A DNA stretch of 61,670 nucleotides from Octopus bimaculoides (taxonomy: Eukaryota). Below are positions 1-12,966 of this stretch, one piece after another; the stretch's first letter is position 1, and each line of letters starts with the position of its first letter. The stretch spans positions 187,582,947 to 187,644,616 of the forward strand of contig NC_068982.1 in NCBI RefSeq assembly GCF_001194135.2, given 5' to 3'. The translations under genes and the position numbers were made by a program. A model generated the notes under the pieces. The model was not told the DNA's origin, did not search any database, and was given only the letters and a program-made list of their open reading frames with translations.

Positions 1-1061
1 TGGTGCTGGAGTGAGAAATTTTGGTTTATTTCCGCGCGCGACTTGGTTTCCTTATAACTCACTTTAGACTAATTTAAAAAATAAAATTTTGCATAGATGT
101 TTTCGAGAATGTCGATTATAATCATTTTGATAAAATAATTAAGAACAAAACCGCTTTTTTTTTTGACAGAATTCTGAATCGTCCCCTAAAAAACATATCT
201 TAGCAAAATTTTATTTAAAAATATATTAAGAAGTTTTTGTTTTCATATATAACATATAAACATTCAATGATATGCATATGCAAATAATAACTAATTCGTT
301 TTACAAAATTAAATTAGAAAATTGGACAAAACAGAACACAATTGAAAAAATTAAAAATAAAAAACCCCAAAACAATTTACCAGTTTGGGTTGAAAAGTTG
401 GGGGCACTGGGAAACCATTTGAGGCACTCCAGCACACTTGCAGAGTTGCCGCGGAGGACTCGAAACCCCACCGAAAACATCTAAGTTTATTAATATTATC
501 ATAATCTTCACTCTCAGAGACTGCATCAAATTTCATTATTAATTTTTAAAAAAAAACACATTTTCAGGAAAGTTAAGAGGAAACAAATTTGTGGGTGGGG
601 CACCACACTAATTTTGCCCAGGAAAGTTAACTTGAGGGTAGGATTAAGGATGCCTACTCTCGAAAAAATATCAAATACAAAGATCGTACACCGTTATTGA
701 GAAGGGCCCATCTCTGGGTATGAAGGACTCAATAGTTAACGATAATAATGATGGAGAAGCTAAACAACTAATATAGTCAAGCTGCACAACATTGCTTTTA
801 CATCAAAAAAGTTGGCAGGGTTTTAAATAGCTGTCCTTCGAAGTTTTAAGTTTTATAAAAGAAAAGGGGAGTTCCTCGCCCCCTTTATTTCTGCGTTTCA
901 TACAAAGGAAATTGCAATTCTGAAAAAAATTTCTCCTCAAAAAGGATTTCAATTTTTCCTTTTTTAAATATTTATGTCCCCTGCTTCCGAACCCTTCCCT
1001 TTCGCCTGTGGTATGGGACTTCGAGGGACAGCTATTACAAAACTTCGCCAAAATTACTCAC

Positions 1062-1334
1062 TTGATATCTTCCGGACATAAGTTGACTCCGTGTTGGGGT
1101 ACAAATGGGCTGGACATAATAGTTTTCAAGCTTGACACCTTCTCCAGCCAATTTATCCAGATTCGGAGTTTGTATTTCCGAGCCATGGTACCCTATATCG
1201 TTAAACCCATAGTCGTCAGCCAGAATAAGTAAGATATTTGGTTGCTGCGATTGTGTAGAAGGGGATACGATAGCAATTAAACTCGCACCAAGTAAGGAAA
1301 CTAACAATAGTGCAACACAGCGTGTAGGAGACAT
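1062..1334 (-). CDS. ARSB: Arylsulfatase B-like (ARSB/ARSI/ARSJ family), coding exon 1; gene continues beyond the left edge of the window
   Basis: Signal-peptide-like N-terminus, then [29 protein letters not shown] and the formylglycine motif CTPTR in [23 protein letters not shown] phase-0 donor CAA|gtgagt follows GRYQ. The ORF-track tail VSNFGEVL is intron read-through. Confidence 0.92.
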
Positions 1335-2214
1335 GATTGTTAAGTGTTAATGCATTGAAGTAACAAATAAATTTAGTTCCTTCTCTTGTTTGACATACAT
1401 ATCGATATAAATACGAGTCACATGTTTGTATGACTACTATAATGTTTTTACACCAAATGACAGCTGTTTTCTTCTATGCAAATAATGATTTCATTTATAA
1501 ATCACGCACATGTTTATGTTTGGTTTTGTATTTTAATGGGATTGTCTATTATATATAAGTATTATATTCCGTCACATACATATATCTACAAAATAAATCT
1601 TGAAAAAATTATTAAAAATGTAAATTAATTGAAACAAATAAAAAAATTAACAACAATACAACATTCTTTAAATCTTTGAATAAAATAAAGTGTTGTCTTT
1701 TATCGTCACTTCGTAAAATGCCAGCAATTAATTATATACGGGAATGTAATAGAATATACTTGTTAATTCGTATTCAATGTTCCATTTCAAATACTTTTTA
1801 AATCTAGTAGACTATTGTAAATGCTACATTTCGATTTATATTAAACAATGTAACCACGTAGAATTGTTGTTGCCATTATTCTAACATTTTTGCTGTCAGT
1901 AATTGAGGTGTGTTTTTACACTTAAAACACCGGATTTCTTAATAGGAAGTGAACTTTACTTTCATCTTTTATACGCCCAAACGCATATATATATATATAT
2001 ATAAGTGCGTGCAAGAAACTGATTTCAAGTTCGTACAATAAACGACCTCTTATGTTGTGATTTGTAAGTTTAAATATCAGACTGTGCAAAACGTCACAAC
2101 AATGGAACACATATAAGCGATACGTCACATACAAGACGGTGCCTCTGGCCCCGTCACCATCATCAACTTTACCACCACAATCATCACCAACCACTGTCAA
2201 CACAACCACTACCA

Positions 2215-4130
2215 CCATCATCATCATGATTTTGCGTCTGCTTTCCATGCTGGCATGAGTTGGACGGTCTGACAGGAGCTGGGTAGCTTGAGAGCTGCCC
2301 AAGTTCTAATTGTCTATTTTAACATCGTTTCTATAGTTGGACGCCCGTCCTCATGCTAACCACTTCACAGAGTGTGCTGGGTGCTTTTGCTTGGCACTGG
2401 GCACTTCTATGTGGCACTGGCACAGACACTTCTATATGTGGCACTCGCATGGGGTCTTGTCTGTGAAACTGGCACAGGTGCTTTTATGTGATACCAGCAG
2501 TTATGAGCCCTCAAAAGAAGGACCTCTTGCCTGAGAGAGGGACAAAGAGGACATAATTGTATGTATGGATGGCCACAGCTTTACCTAGCTTGACATGTCT
2601 TCTCAGGTATATTAAATCACCAGAAGTCTCTTGTCATCTTCACTGTGAAGCCCAACATCTGGAAATCCCTTCTTCCAACTTTGTCCCATGTATCCTTGGG
2701 TCTACCCCTTCCACAAGTTCCCTGCACAGTTGGAGACTGACGCTTTTTCATGTAGTTGTCCTCTTCCATATGCATCACATATCTATACCAGCACTGTCTT
2801 CTTTCTTGCACACATCAACTGATGCCTCTTATACTTAATGTTTCTCTCATTTAATTTCCTGTTGTACATGTACACTGACATTTCCCATCCAACAGAGAAC
2901 ATTGGCTTCATTTCTTTCAAACTTTTGCATGTCCTCTGTAGTCATAGCCCACGTTTCACTGCCATAAAGCATAGCTGTATGTACACAGGCATCATACAAT
3001 CTTCTCGACACTCTTAGGGAGAGGCCTCTCTGAACTATGCCCTGCCAATTCTTATTCTAGCAACTATAGCTTCAGAACTTCCTCGTCCACTGCAACTTGA
3101 TTGCCTAGGAAACAGAAGCTATCTACTACTTCTAAAGACTCATCCCCACCCCAGACATTTGAGGGAGTCATTTTCCAGTACATTCTTAGTGTTTATTGTA
3201 TCTGCACATCTGCCACACAACAAAGACTACTACTCTTATACAGCTGTGCCTCTTATGTGCTCATGGCTTGCACTGGATACACCATATGGTGTTTCTACAT
3301 ACACCTTTGCTACATATTGAATAGGGCCATTTACCTGAAGTGATTTGAGATTTGTCTGTTTTCCAACTTTCTATGACTTTGGTCTTCGTTATATCAATTT
3401 TAGGGCCCTTAAATTCCAGACCTTGCTTCCACAGCTGAAATTTCCTCTCTAGTTTTAGTAGTGATTCAGCTATAAGAACAAGGTTAGTCATGTAAAGGAG
3501 CTCCCAAGGGCAGCCAGTCTTAAATTCCTCTGTTGTGACCTGAAGGGCTATGATAAACAAGAGGAGGCTGAAAACTGATCCTTGTTGAACTCCTAACTGT
3601 GTACTAAATTCATTGCTATACTCATTGCCTACATTCATCTTACTGACAGTAATCTATCCCTAGCTTCTGCATTGACCACTAGATAAGGGATCAGGGGACC
3701 TTGTCAAAGGTTTTCTCCAAGTCAACAAAAGCCAAGTACAGAGGTTTATCTTTGGCTACGTACTTCTCCATCAGTTGCCTTACCAGGAATATAGCATCAG
3801 TGGTGCTTCTCCCTGGCACAAAACCAAACTGCATCTAATCTATACTAACTCTCTTCCTAATTGATGGAGCTATGACCCTCTCTGTAACTTTCATGACATG
3901 GTTCATTAATTTGGTACCACTGTAATTAGTACTATCTCAGGAGTCACCTTTATCTTTGTAGCAGTTGGCTGTAACTCCCTCGTGTATAACCTGATTAATT
4001 ATACAAGTTACTCGGCCGTATCTTACTCTGCCAGATATTTTAAGCATCTCAGCAGTGATTCTTGAAGGACTGGGGGCTTTCCCTGTCTTCATATCCTTAA
4101 TTGCTTTATCTACTAAGCTACTGTCATTTT
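2215..4130 (-). mobile_element. RTE/RTE-X-like LINE, 3' portion, degenerate, with 3'UTR and (GAT)n tail
   Basis: Minus-strand RT remnants KAPSPSRITAEMLK, FGFVPGRSTTDAIF, LAFVDLEK, GVQQGSVFS and GCPWELLY; Cys-rich GKWPYSIC..C; C-terminal GRGRPKDTW. The 3'UTR ends in ccagcatggaaagcagacg...(gat)n. Many stops and frameshifts. Confidence 0.85.
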
Positions 4131-5382
4131 GGATACCCTTTTAATTTAATTTTTACCTTTGGCCCATTTGAATTATTTCCCTTTGCTCATTTTATTTTCT
4201 ATCATTATCATTACCATCATCATCATCATCATTATCTTTTTACATCCACTTTCCATGTTGACCAGTTCAACAAACCCTCATAGTCCAAGTTATTCCTTAT
4301 TAGGAGCCATTGATCCTATAGTCTGGTGCTTGCATGCGTTGTTTGGCTTGATTTCTGTGGCTGGATGCCTTATCCTATCACCAAATACATCAACACTTCT
4401 ATGCAGATTTTCTACAGCTGGATACCTTTTCTGTCACCAACCCTTGTCTGTTTCAAAGCAAGGTAGTTTTCCTTTGGCCGGATACGTTTTCACAGGAGAC
4501 TGGAAAGGAACAACACCGCTTGCATGATGCTAAATACAGTGACACTTGCCTCATAACTTTTATGTGAAAGTAAGACAAGGAAATGCATACACACACGCAC
4601 GCATGCATAAGTACTATAGGCTTCTTTCAGTTTCCATCTTCGAAATCAACTCAGAAAACTTTGGTTGGCTTGAGGCTACAGTAGAAGGTTCTAGTCCAAG
4701 GTACCGTGCAAGGGAGTTGAACCTGGAACCATGTGGTTAGGAAACACTTCTGCACTACACAGCCAAGCCTGCACCGATACTTAAATCCCTTGGCCTGGCA
4801 ATAATATGACGATTGCAGCATCATCATCATCTTTAATGTGACAAATAGATCGTTGATGCATGAAAGTGGAGGACTAAAATGAAACCCTAGGGGTGGAGCA
4901 AAAAAGAGCTCTGTCAATCAACATACACCAGAAAGGAGGAATCAGATACGTGAGGTTTTCTGAGATGTGCTACAGATTTGAGGGATAGGGAGTTATCTCC
5001 CTTGCTGGACATTTTTTTTTTAATCAGCATATGACCGGATTTTTGAGAGGACATAAATGGTGATCACCTGGAATACGTGGTGGGGAGTCTCTACCGTGAG
5101 TTTCCCTGTGGTACAGAAGAGCTTAGACATTGATATGTAACAGTCATTGTAGTATGCCTTCTTCTACGGATGCTGTTACCTGGATAACAGTCTAGTTGGT
5201 CATTCCTTGTTGATATGAATCGACTCCTACCAGCTTAGGAGACATTCCAATAGAAAGAGAACGATCGAAAAGATGAAAGCAACAGCATATTTCAGTGGAC
5301 CTGGCTTCCTGGAAGCCAAACTGGAGGTCAAAGCAATAAAAGGGAGAGGAATTCAAAGTGCTGGAGGACATCTTTGTTCACC

Positions 5383-5587
5383 CCATAATTGCCCGATGGC
5401 ATACGTCGTAATGGTTAAGAGCGCGGGCTACTAACCCCAAGATTCCGAGTTCGATTCCAGGCAGTGACCTGAATAATAATAATAATAATAACATCGAATC
5501 GAAATTTCTACAAGACACCTGATGAAGGCTGGAGGGTATATCAGCCGAAGCGTTGTGTTAACAACAAACAAGATGAAGACAAATATC
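5383..5587 (+). mobile_element. tRNA-headed, hammerhead-bearing non-autonomous element (family D), copy 1, internally deleted
   Basis: A/B boxes, (AAT)n, and hammerhead at 5514-5559 with GAAA changed to GAAG. Apparent TSD atctttgtt at 5370-5378 and 5585-5593. Deletion lies between tcgaa repeats. Confidence 0.8.
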
Positions 5588-5635
5588 TTTGTTAATAGCC
5601 GTCTCCATTACTTTGTGAGATTCTCATATCTTGGA

Positions 5636-5999
5636 CCCCAACCACATGGTTCTGGGTTCAGTCTCACTGCATGGAATCTTGGGCAAGTGACTTCTATTAA
5701 AACCTTGGGCCAACCAAAGCCTTGTGAGTAGATTTGGTAGACGGAAACTGAAAGAATCTCAGTGTAAGTGTGTGTGTCTTTGTTTGACTTCCACCACCAT
5801 GTGACAACCGGTGTTGGTGTGTTTATGTCCCTGTAACAGCAGCTTGGCAAAAGAGACTAATGGATTAAGTACCAGGCTTTAAAAAAAAAAAAAAAGAAAG
5901 AAAGAAGTGCTGGTGTTGATTCAGTCACCTTGCATTCTTCAAGGTAATGCTCCAGCTTGGTCGCAGTTTAATGATTGAAACAAATAAAAAACAAAAGAT
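5636..5999 (+). mobile_element. SINE family A, 5'-truncated
   Basis: caaccacatggttctgggttcagtc...cttgggcaagtg...ggaaactgaaaga [microsatellite] ...gacaaccggtgttggtgtgttta...gctccagc...gaaacaaataaaa; more than 20 related pieces in the window. Confidence 0.85.
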
Positions 6000-6159
6000 A
6001 GAGATTCTCTAATTTCTTAAAGGAAAATATTTTGTCATCTTCTTTAAATACTTAAGCAATTAATGAATAATAAAGAAGTTGCATAGAACCAGTGAGTGTG
6101 TTTATTACTGGCATAATGACCCTCCCAATATATATACAACAGAAGTGGTTTATTCTTTT

Positions 6160-6535
6160 ATTTGTTTCAGACATTTGACTGCAGCCATGCTGGAGCACTG
6201 CCTTTAGTTGAGCAAATTGACCCCAGGACTTATTCTTTGTAAGCCTAGTACTTATTCTATCGGCCTCTCTTGCCGAACTGCTAAGTTATGGGCATGTAAA
6301 CACATCAGCATTGGTTGTCAAGTAATGTTGGGGGGACAAACACAGACACACAAACATATACATACATATATATATATACAACAGTCTTCTTACAGTTTCT
6401 GTCTACCAAATCCACTCACAAGGCTTTGGTTGGCTCGAGGCTATAGTTGAAGACACTTGCCCAATGCGCCATGCAGTGGGACTGAACCCAGAACCATGTG
6501 GATAGTAAGCAAGCTACTTACCACACAGCCACTCG
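6160..6535 (-). mobile_element. SINE family A, near full length
   Basis: Reverse complement of the family A consensus: tRNA-like head, central (TA/CA)n, 3' ggtgctccagcatggc...gaaacaaataaaag. Confidence 0.85.
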
Positions 6536-7524
6536 CTCACAAAATGTTAATATTTGATGTTCAATATTGCCAGATACCGTTATATTTCCAAATTTCCATT
6601 AGATTCCATGGTAAATGCTTCAAATTATTTCGTGGTCGGCAAGGGAACATTCTCTTCCATAGTTATAATTTCCTAAACTGTTTAGCTTTGATATGTGGTT
6701 GAAATAAGAAGATGTACCGGAATTAACTCTTGGACAAGTGACAGGATGCAGTCATAGGTGGGTTGTTAAAACTGTCTGTCTGTCTACTGGCACTCTGTCG
6801 GTTGCTATGACAAGGGTTCCAGTTGATCTGATCAACAGAACAGCCTGCTCATGAAATTAGCTTGCAAGTGGTTGAGTACTCCACAGGCATGTGTGCCCTT
6901 AATGTAGTTCTTAATGAGATCCGGTGTGACAAGGTCAGCCCGTTGAAATACTGGTGACACTCCCTTCTGACAGTTAAGTGGAGTGGAGCAATGTGAAATG
7001 TCTTGCTCAAGGACACAACGTGTTACTGGGAATCGGACTCATGACCTTATGATCATGAGAGCCAAATACCTTGACCACTAAGCCAGGCACCTTTACCTAT
7101 CTACACACACTCACAGACATACACACACACACACTCACACCCACAGACGCACACTCACACTCACAATAGACTTCCACGGCCCCAATTTACCAACTGTAAT
7201 TCCAAAATATTGTTGAGCTTGACAGGATTGAACTTGAATCCCATAGTTACAAAGCAAACTTCGAACCTGCCAATATTTTAACTTCATTTTTTTGTCTTCC
7301 TCTCTGAAAATATGAAGAATCCAGCATGACTTGCATTGTTGAATATGGAGAGGAAATAGAAAATACAGCTGAAGACACAAATTAATGGTGTCTCCTCTTC
7401 TTAGAGGAAATTTCATCATAAATATTTTTGCTGAAGGAAAATTCACCATAAAAAAAGATAAACGTGTAATACAAAGTGCGTTATTTGGGCAGTATTGCTT
7501 GGAATTTTCATACATTTTAAATGA

Positions 7525-8210
7525 CCTCACTGTGGTCGCTGCCAGTGCCGCCTGACTGGCATGTAAAAAGCACCATTCAAGCATGATCATTGCCAGTGCT
7601 GCCTGACTGACTCCCATGCCAGTGACATGTAAAAAGCACCATTTGAGTGTGGTCGTTGCTAGTGCCACATGACTGGCTCCCATGTCAATGGCATGTATAA
7701 AGCACCATTTGAGTGTGGTCGTTGCTAGTGCCACCTGACTGGCTCCNNNNNNNNNNNNNNNNNNNNNNNNNAAAGCACCATTTGAGTGTGGTCGTTGCTA
7801 GTGCCACATGACTGGCTCCCATGTCAATGGCATGTATAAAGCACCATTTGAGTGTGGTCGTTGCTAGTGCCACCTGACTGGCTCCCATGTCAATGGCATG
7901 TATAAAGCACCATTTGAGTGTGGTTGATGCCAGTGTCGCCTGACTGGCTCTCCGTGTTGGTGGCACATAAAAAGTACCCAAACATGGCTGATGCCAGTGC
8001 TGCCTGACTGGCTCCTGTGTCAGTGGCACATAAAAAGCACCCACTACACTCTCAGAGTGGTTGGCATAAGGAAGGGCATCCAGCTGTAGAAACCTTGCCA
8101 GATCAGATTGGAGCCTGGTGCAGCCTTCTGGCTTGCCAGTCCTCAGTCAAACCGTCCAACCCATGCCAGCATGGAAAACGGACGTTAAACAACGATGATG
8201 ATGATGATGA
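7525..8210 (+). repeat. RTE-tailed element (family E) with internal 66-bp tandem array
   Basis: The unit aaagcaccatttgagtgtggtcgttgctagtgccac(a/c)tgactggctcccatgtcaatggcatgtat recurs at 7772, 7838 and 7904 (66-bp period), with diverged outer units. It is followed by ggaagggcatccagctgtagaaa...ccatgccagcatggaaaacggacgttaaac(gat)n. Confidence 0.9.
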
Positions 8211-8744
8211 TTATATCTTTTTAATGTTTGACATTGAATAAAGACTTGCCTGTTTAATTCTTTTATCAATCCTTTCATTACTTTTTTTTTTAATTTTAAA
8301 AATTGCTGATCTAATACGCTTTATTATCGTCCATTCTGTGATTTTGTCTTACAGTGAAACTTTCCTATGGCAAATTTTTCCTGGACATGGTCTACTTTTG
8401 CCAAGGACATGTATTTATGTTGTTATCTCCATAATTGTCATTTGAGAGTTGTGGCATACTTCTGTAATCCAACTGCTTAGGTGTCTTATTTGGTTGACCA
8501 AATTGAGATTGCAAGTCCAGGTGGTCAGTCTTTTATGGCAATCAGGTGTCCAAAGAGGGTCAGTTTGGCCCAGGGTGGAAACACATTAAGCAAGAGACCA
8601 GTTGTGGGATCACACCTGTGAATAGTCATCAAGTAACAGTCGGTTAGGTACAACTAAACTCCAACCTGTTACCATCTCCATTTATGAACTAAATCAATGG
8701 ATATCTATTGCTACAAGTACAGCTCTATTCTATAGTATATCTGT

Positions 8745-9055
8745 GAAGGCACGTGGCTGAGTGGTTAGGGCATTCGGCTCACAGTCGTGAGTTCATTTCC
8801 CGGCGACGCATTGTGTCCTTGAGCAAGACACTTTATTTCACGTTGCTCCAGTTCACTCAGCTGGCAAAAATGAGTAGTACCTGTATTTCAAAGGGCCAGC
8901 CTTGTCACACTGAATCTCCCTGAGAACTGTGTTAAGGGTACACGTGTCTGTGGAGAGTTCAGCCACTTGCACGTTAATTTCACGAGCAAGCTGTTCCGTT
9001 GATCGGATTAGCTGGTACCCTCGTCGTCATAACTGATGGACTGCTCCTTCCGTCC
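8745..9055 (+). mobile_element. SINE family C (tRNA-derived)
   Basis: gaaggcacgtggctgagtggttaggg (A box), gtgagttcatttccc (B box), tgtgtccttgagcaagacac...gagcaagctgttccgttgatcgg. Related pieces at about 6780-7095(-), 33820-34000(-), 44050-44365(-), 52410-52525(-), 53105-53365(-) and 57096-57190(+). Confidence 0.8.
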
Positions 9056-10202
9056 ATAGTATATCTGTAATCTGTTGGACATCTTTGACTCTACATTCAT
9101 TTGAGGACATCTGAACACACAGCTCATCTGGTTTTTATCAACTGGTCATAGAACATCTGGAGGGCATATTTAGTTTGTAGAATACCTGGTAGATATTTAC
9201 TGCTCATAGAACATCTGGTAGGCATCTACAGACATCAGAACATCTGGTGGACCTGCAAATGCTTTCATCTTAAAACTAAGGCAAAGTAGACCCTCTGGAC
9301 ATTACTGTCTCAAGTCCCGAGTCTCATAGATCTGATTACACAGTCTCTGTGGTGTATATAAGTGACTGAGGTCATAATATTCCCCCTGGATAGGATGCCA
9401 GTTCATTGCAGGGTCACTCACTTTTGCACTCACAGCATGAAATAAAGAGTTTTGCTCAAGAACGCAATGCACTATCCAAACCAGGAATTGAAACTACAAT
9501 CTTGCATGCAACACCCTAACCACACATCTTCACAATCTAAGACAATGTCCTTCTTTTATTTTTAGCCAGCAGTGAACATTAAGTATAGATCTGAGCCTGG
9601 TCGTCCACTACAACCATATGTTTCATGCTGCACAAGTCACCCGTCAGGCTCAGTGACATGATGTGGGTCAGGTGTCATCTCTTGTTGGTTCCTTAAAAAA
9701 TTTGGAAGTTTTTATCATCAAATTGGTCACTGCTGCAGTTTCACACTAATTAAATTAACATATGATCAGAGGCATTCCAGCTGTGACCATCCCATCAGCT
9801 TCTTTCAAACAGTATACCTTGGACAACATTTTAGAATTTATCTCTTTTTATGAGTTGTATTTAGTTTTGGGGAAGGGGATTTTGCTGCTCTTTCTAGCAA
9901 CCACAAAGACTCTCTTCTTAAATTGTTGTCTACTCATACCAGCTCTGATTGAGAAAGCATAAGATCAATGGAATTCCAGTGACCATCCCGTCTCAGGGGT
10001 TACTATGTTCAATATAGCCTTTTTTAAAATAGCAATGTTATTTGGCTGTTACTTTTAGCAGATCAAGCAACTACATAAATGTTCCTTGTTTGGTCCAAGG
10101 CTCAAGTTATTGTGATCGTTGGTATCCAGTCATAATGAGCTCCACTGATCAGACCAAATATTTAAGATTCTGCCAAGAGTCTCCACATAAGTTGGACAAG
10201 TG

Positions 10203-10274
10203 GCTGTGGTCATCTAGTGGTTAGGACCCTACATTGTGGCCATGGCAACCCAGGTTCGAATCCTGGTCATGGCA
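10203..10274 (+). pseudogene. tRNA-His (GUG) pseudogene
   Basis: 72-nt cloverleaf-like sequence gctgtggtcatctagtggttaggaccctacattGTGgccatggcaacccaggttcgaatcctggtcatggca. The T-arm is intact (ccagg/ttcgaat/cctgg). The anticodon stem has two mismatches, explicable by CpG decay. A T5 run follows about 10 nt downstream. Confidence 0.8.
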
Positions 10275-10290
10275 GTCTAATTTCATTTTT

Positions 10291-10650
10291 AGGCGCACGT
10301 GTGGCTGTATGGTAATAAGCTTGCTTCCCAACCACATGGTTCTGGGTTCAGTCCCACTGCGTGGCACCTTGGGTAAGTGTCTTCTACCACAGCCTTGGGC
10401 CAACCTAAGCCTGTGAGTGGATTTGGTACATAGAAACTGAGAGAAGCCCATCATATACATATGTATGCATGTATATGTTTGTCTCACATCACTTGACAAC
10501 CGATGGTGTGTTTACGTCCCCATAACTTAGCAGTTTGGCAGAGAGAGACCAATTGAATAAGTACTAGGCTTACAGAGAAGGGGTCACTTTATTTGACTAA
10601 AGGCAGTGCTCCAGGATGGCTGCAGTCAGTTGACTGAAACAAATAAAAGA
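10291..10650 (+). mobile_element. SINE family A, full length
   Basis: gtggctgtatggtaataagcttgcttcccaaccacatggttctgggttcagtcccactgcgtggcaccttgggtaagtgtc... ending gaaacaaataaaaga. Confidence 0.85.
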
Positions 10651-12719
10651 ATATCACAATGGGTCGAACAGGAGTTTCAATAGTGACCATTCCATCAATA
10701 GTTCTCTACTATAAATAATTCTTTCTGATACAAGGCTATCGGTTTTGAGGGGAGGGTGCAAGTTGATTCCATTGACTCACTGATGATTGTGCCACTTTTA
10801 TGGTAATGAGTTTTAGCATAAATGTGTTGAGATAATTAACAGCTTCCCTAAGTGGATCATGTGACTATTTAGTCCATGTTGACATTGTTTTCATGAAGCT
10901 TTCTATGTTGACAAGCAAAAATATAAAGCAATTCATCTGACACTCGTTGTGCCTGATATAAATAAACTTCAAATAATTCTAATACACAGTACACAGCAAC
11001 AAAAATGATTTGTTGACAAACACTAACATTCTTTATAGATATGATGGAAAGTTCTTAACACAAAGGCTATAAATAGGGTTTGTTTGAGCACTAACTTTCA
11101 GTGTGCCAAATTGTGACCCACTTCACACACTCCGTTGCTGTTAACAGTTGTTTTAATGACTCCATGCTCAACCTGATATCTTATATCTAGCGGATATGAA
11201 TTGATGTGTACAGATCCTAATGCTTAATCAAGCTCCAGTACTAAGCCTTTGTATCCATGTTGTAACATCAATGTTACAACATATTTCTTACAGTTGTGTT
11301 GAATTGATGTGAAGATTGTTATAATTCTTGACCAACTTGATATATGACTTCTGCAGTGTAAATAAAATCATGATTAATTGTTCGTATGGTGTTGTTGCCT
11401 CATTACATGCAGCCTCACACAAACATCATCATCATCATCAACAACATATATACAACAGAACCAAGCAACAGCAACCACCACATGGCACTGTTAAATAAGC
11501 ACACTATCATCATTAATTTAATGTCTACTTTTTCATGCTTGTATGGGTCAGATGAAAAAAAATATAAAAATCACTCTGAGTCTTCTATATGAACTCAGGC
11601 CTCCTATAAGCTAATTTTGTACCTGCCACACATTGCTATGAACTAATTTTAATCCAAACAGTCTCCTTACATAGCTTGACTCCATAATAATATTTACTTA
11701 AACATTATTATTATTATTATTACTTGTACTGCAAAAGGAATTATCATCATAACAATGGACCGCTAGATTGCTTTAAATATTACATGCTTTAATGCATGAA
11801 ATGATCCCCCCCCCTGAATATGCGCTGCTGAAATTAGGGTGCATCTAATATGCCTTTTGTGTCATCAAACATGATTTGTTCAAGAAATATTTCAGTGAAT
11901 ATTTTTGATAAATATTCAAAGATAATCTTCCAAAGCTGATTTTAGTTCACCTGAATGTACAGTGTTCCTTGAAGTATTCCAGGTTTCGTATGATGAAACA
12001 ACAACTCATGCTGTTGGTGGCACCAGGTGATGTGTTGAGGATAAGGTGCTGTGTGGGTGTTGAGGACCAAGAGCTGTCTGGTCCTTGGTTAGTGTTACAT
12101 TTTATTATATATTATACCAAGTCATATGGAAAGTACCAGGTATTTTCATGAGCACAAATAGTGTGGTAAGTACGGGAGTTTCGGGGGGGGTTCCACTGTG
12201 TTTTATCAAAAGTGTACCATGCGTAAAATATAAATTCTGTAAATCACAATATGAAAATATATTTAAGGATAGAAAAACATTAAAAATCATCTTTCTTTCA
12301 GTCTTCATGTTGCACATATGCATACACATATCATTGCCATCATCATCATCATCATTCTTACTCCTCTGCGATACATACAGTCAACTGTTAGCATTGTTCT
12401 CTTTTGTCACACACCTATACAACATACCTCACTCACACCTGTCTGGAATGTAATGCTGTATAAAAATCACCACCTTTCTTTAACATACATTTTCTATACT
12501 TGGCATTGGTCAAATGGTTTGCTGGGCTCCAACAAACTGGAGGACTATGTTCAGCTCCAATGTCTGTTTTGTCATGGTTTCTACATCTGGATGCTTTTTT
12601 CACAATAATAGAACTAATAAGGTGATCAAGTAACTGGCAAGACAAAGAAAAAGACCCCTCACCTAAGTGGGGCTGTAGTAGAGGGGAAGGAGGTTTTATG
12701 CCAGGTTGAGAGGCTAAAG

Positions 12720-12966
12720 CAGTGATTCTAAACTAGGGTCTGTTTGACCCTTCGAGGTCCATATGAGATTTTGCTGTTAAAGTTTATGTACAAGAAACTG
12801 GTTATACTGCTATAATACAGAAAATATTTTAATTTTTTTTTATACAATTCCTAAAAATATTTAGATATAAAAATATAATGGGATTTGTTTAAACATCAGA
12901 TGGTTATGAGGGGTCCAGTAGGGTAAAATAGGAATCCAAATAGACAAAAAATAGTTGGGAACACAG
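12720..12966. mobile_element. hAT-like MITE
   Basis: Termini cagtgattctaaac / gttgggaacacag; 8-bp TSD ggctaaag (12712-12719) / ggctagag (12967-12974). Confidence 0.65.

Noticed and set aside
5398-5470. tRNA-like heads of families A, C and D as tRNA genes
   Set aside because: Acceptor stems are not formed, and the heads run into conserved repeat bodies in many copies. They are SINE-type promoters.
7135-8044. ORFs with 22-aa repeats (MGASHVALATTTLKWCFIHAID); CRISPR-like appearance of the array
   Set aside because: They are the antisense translation of a 66-bp tandem repeat. Units are contiguous with no unique spacers, there are no cas genes, and the context is eukaryotic.
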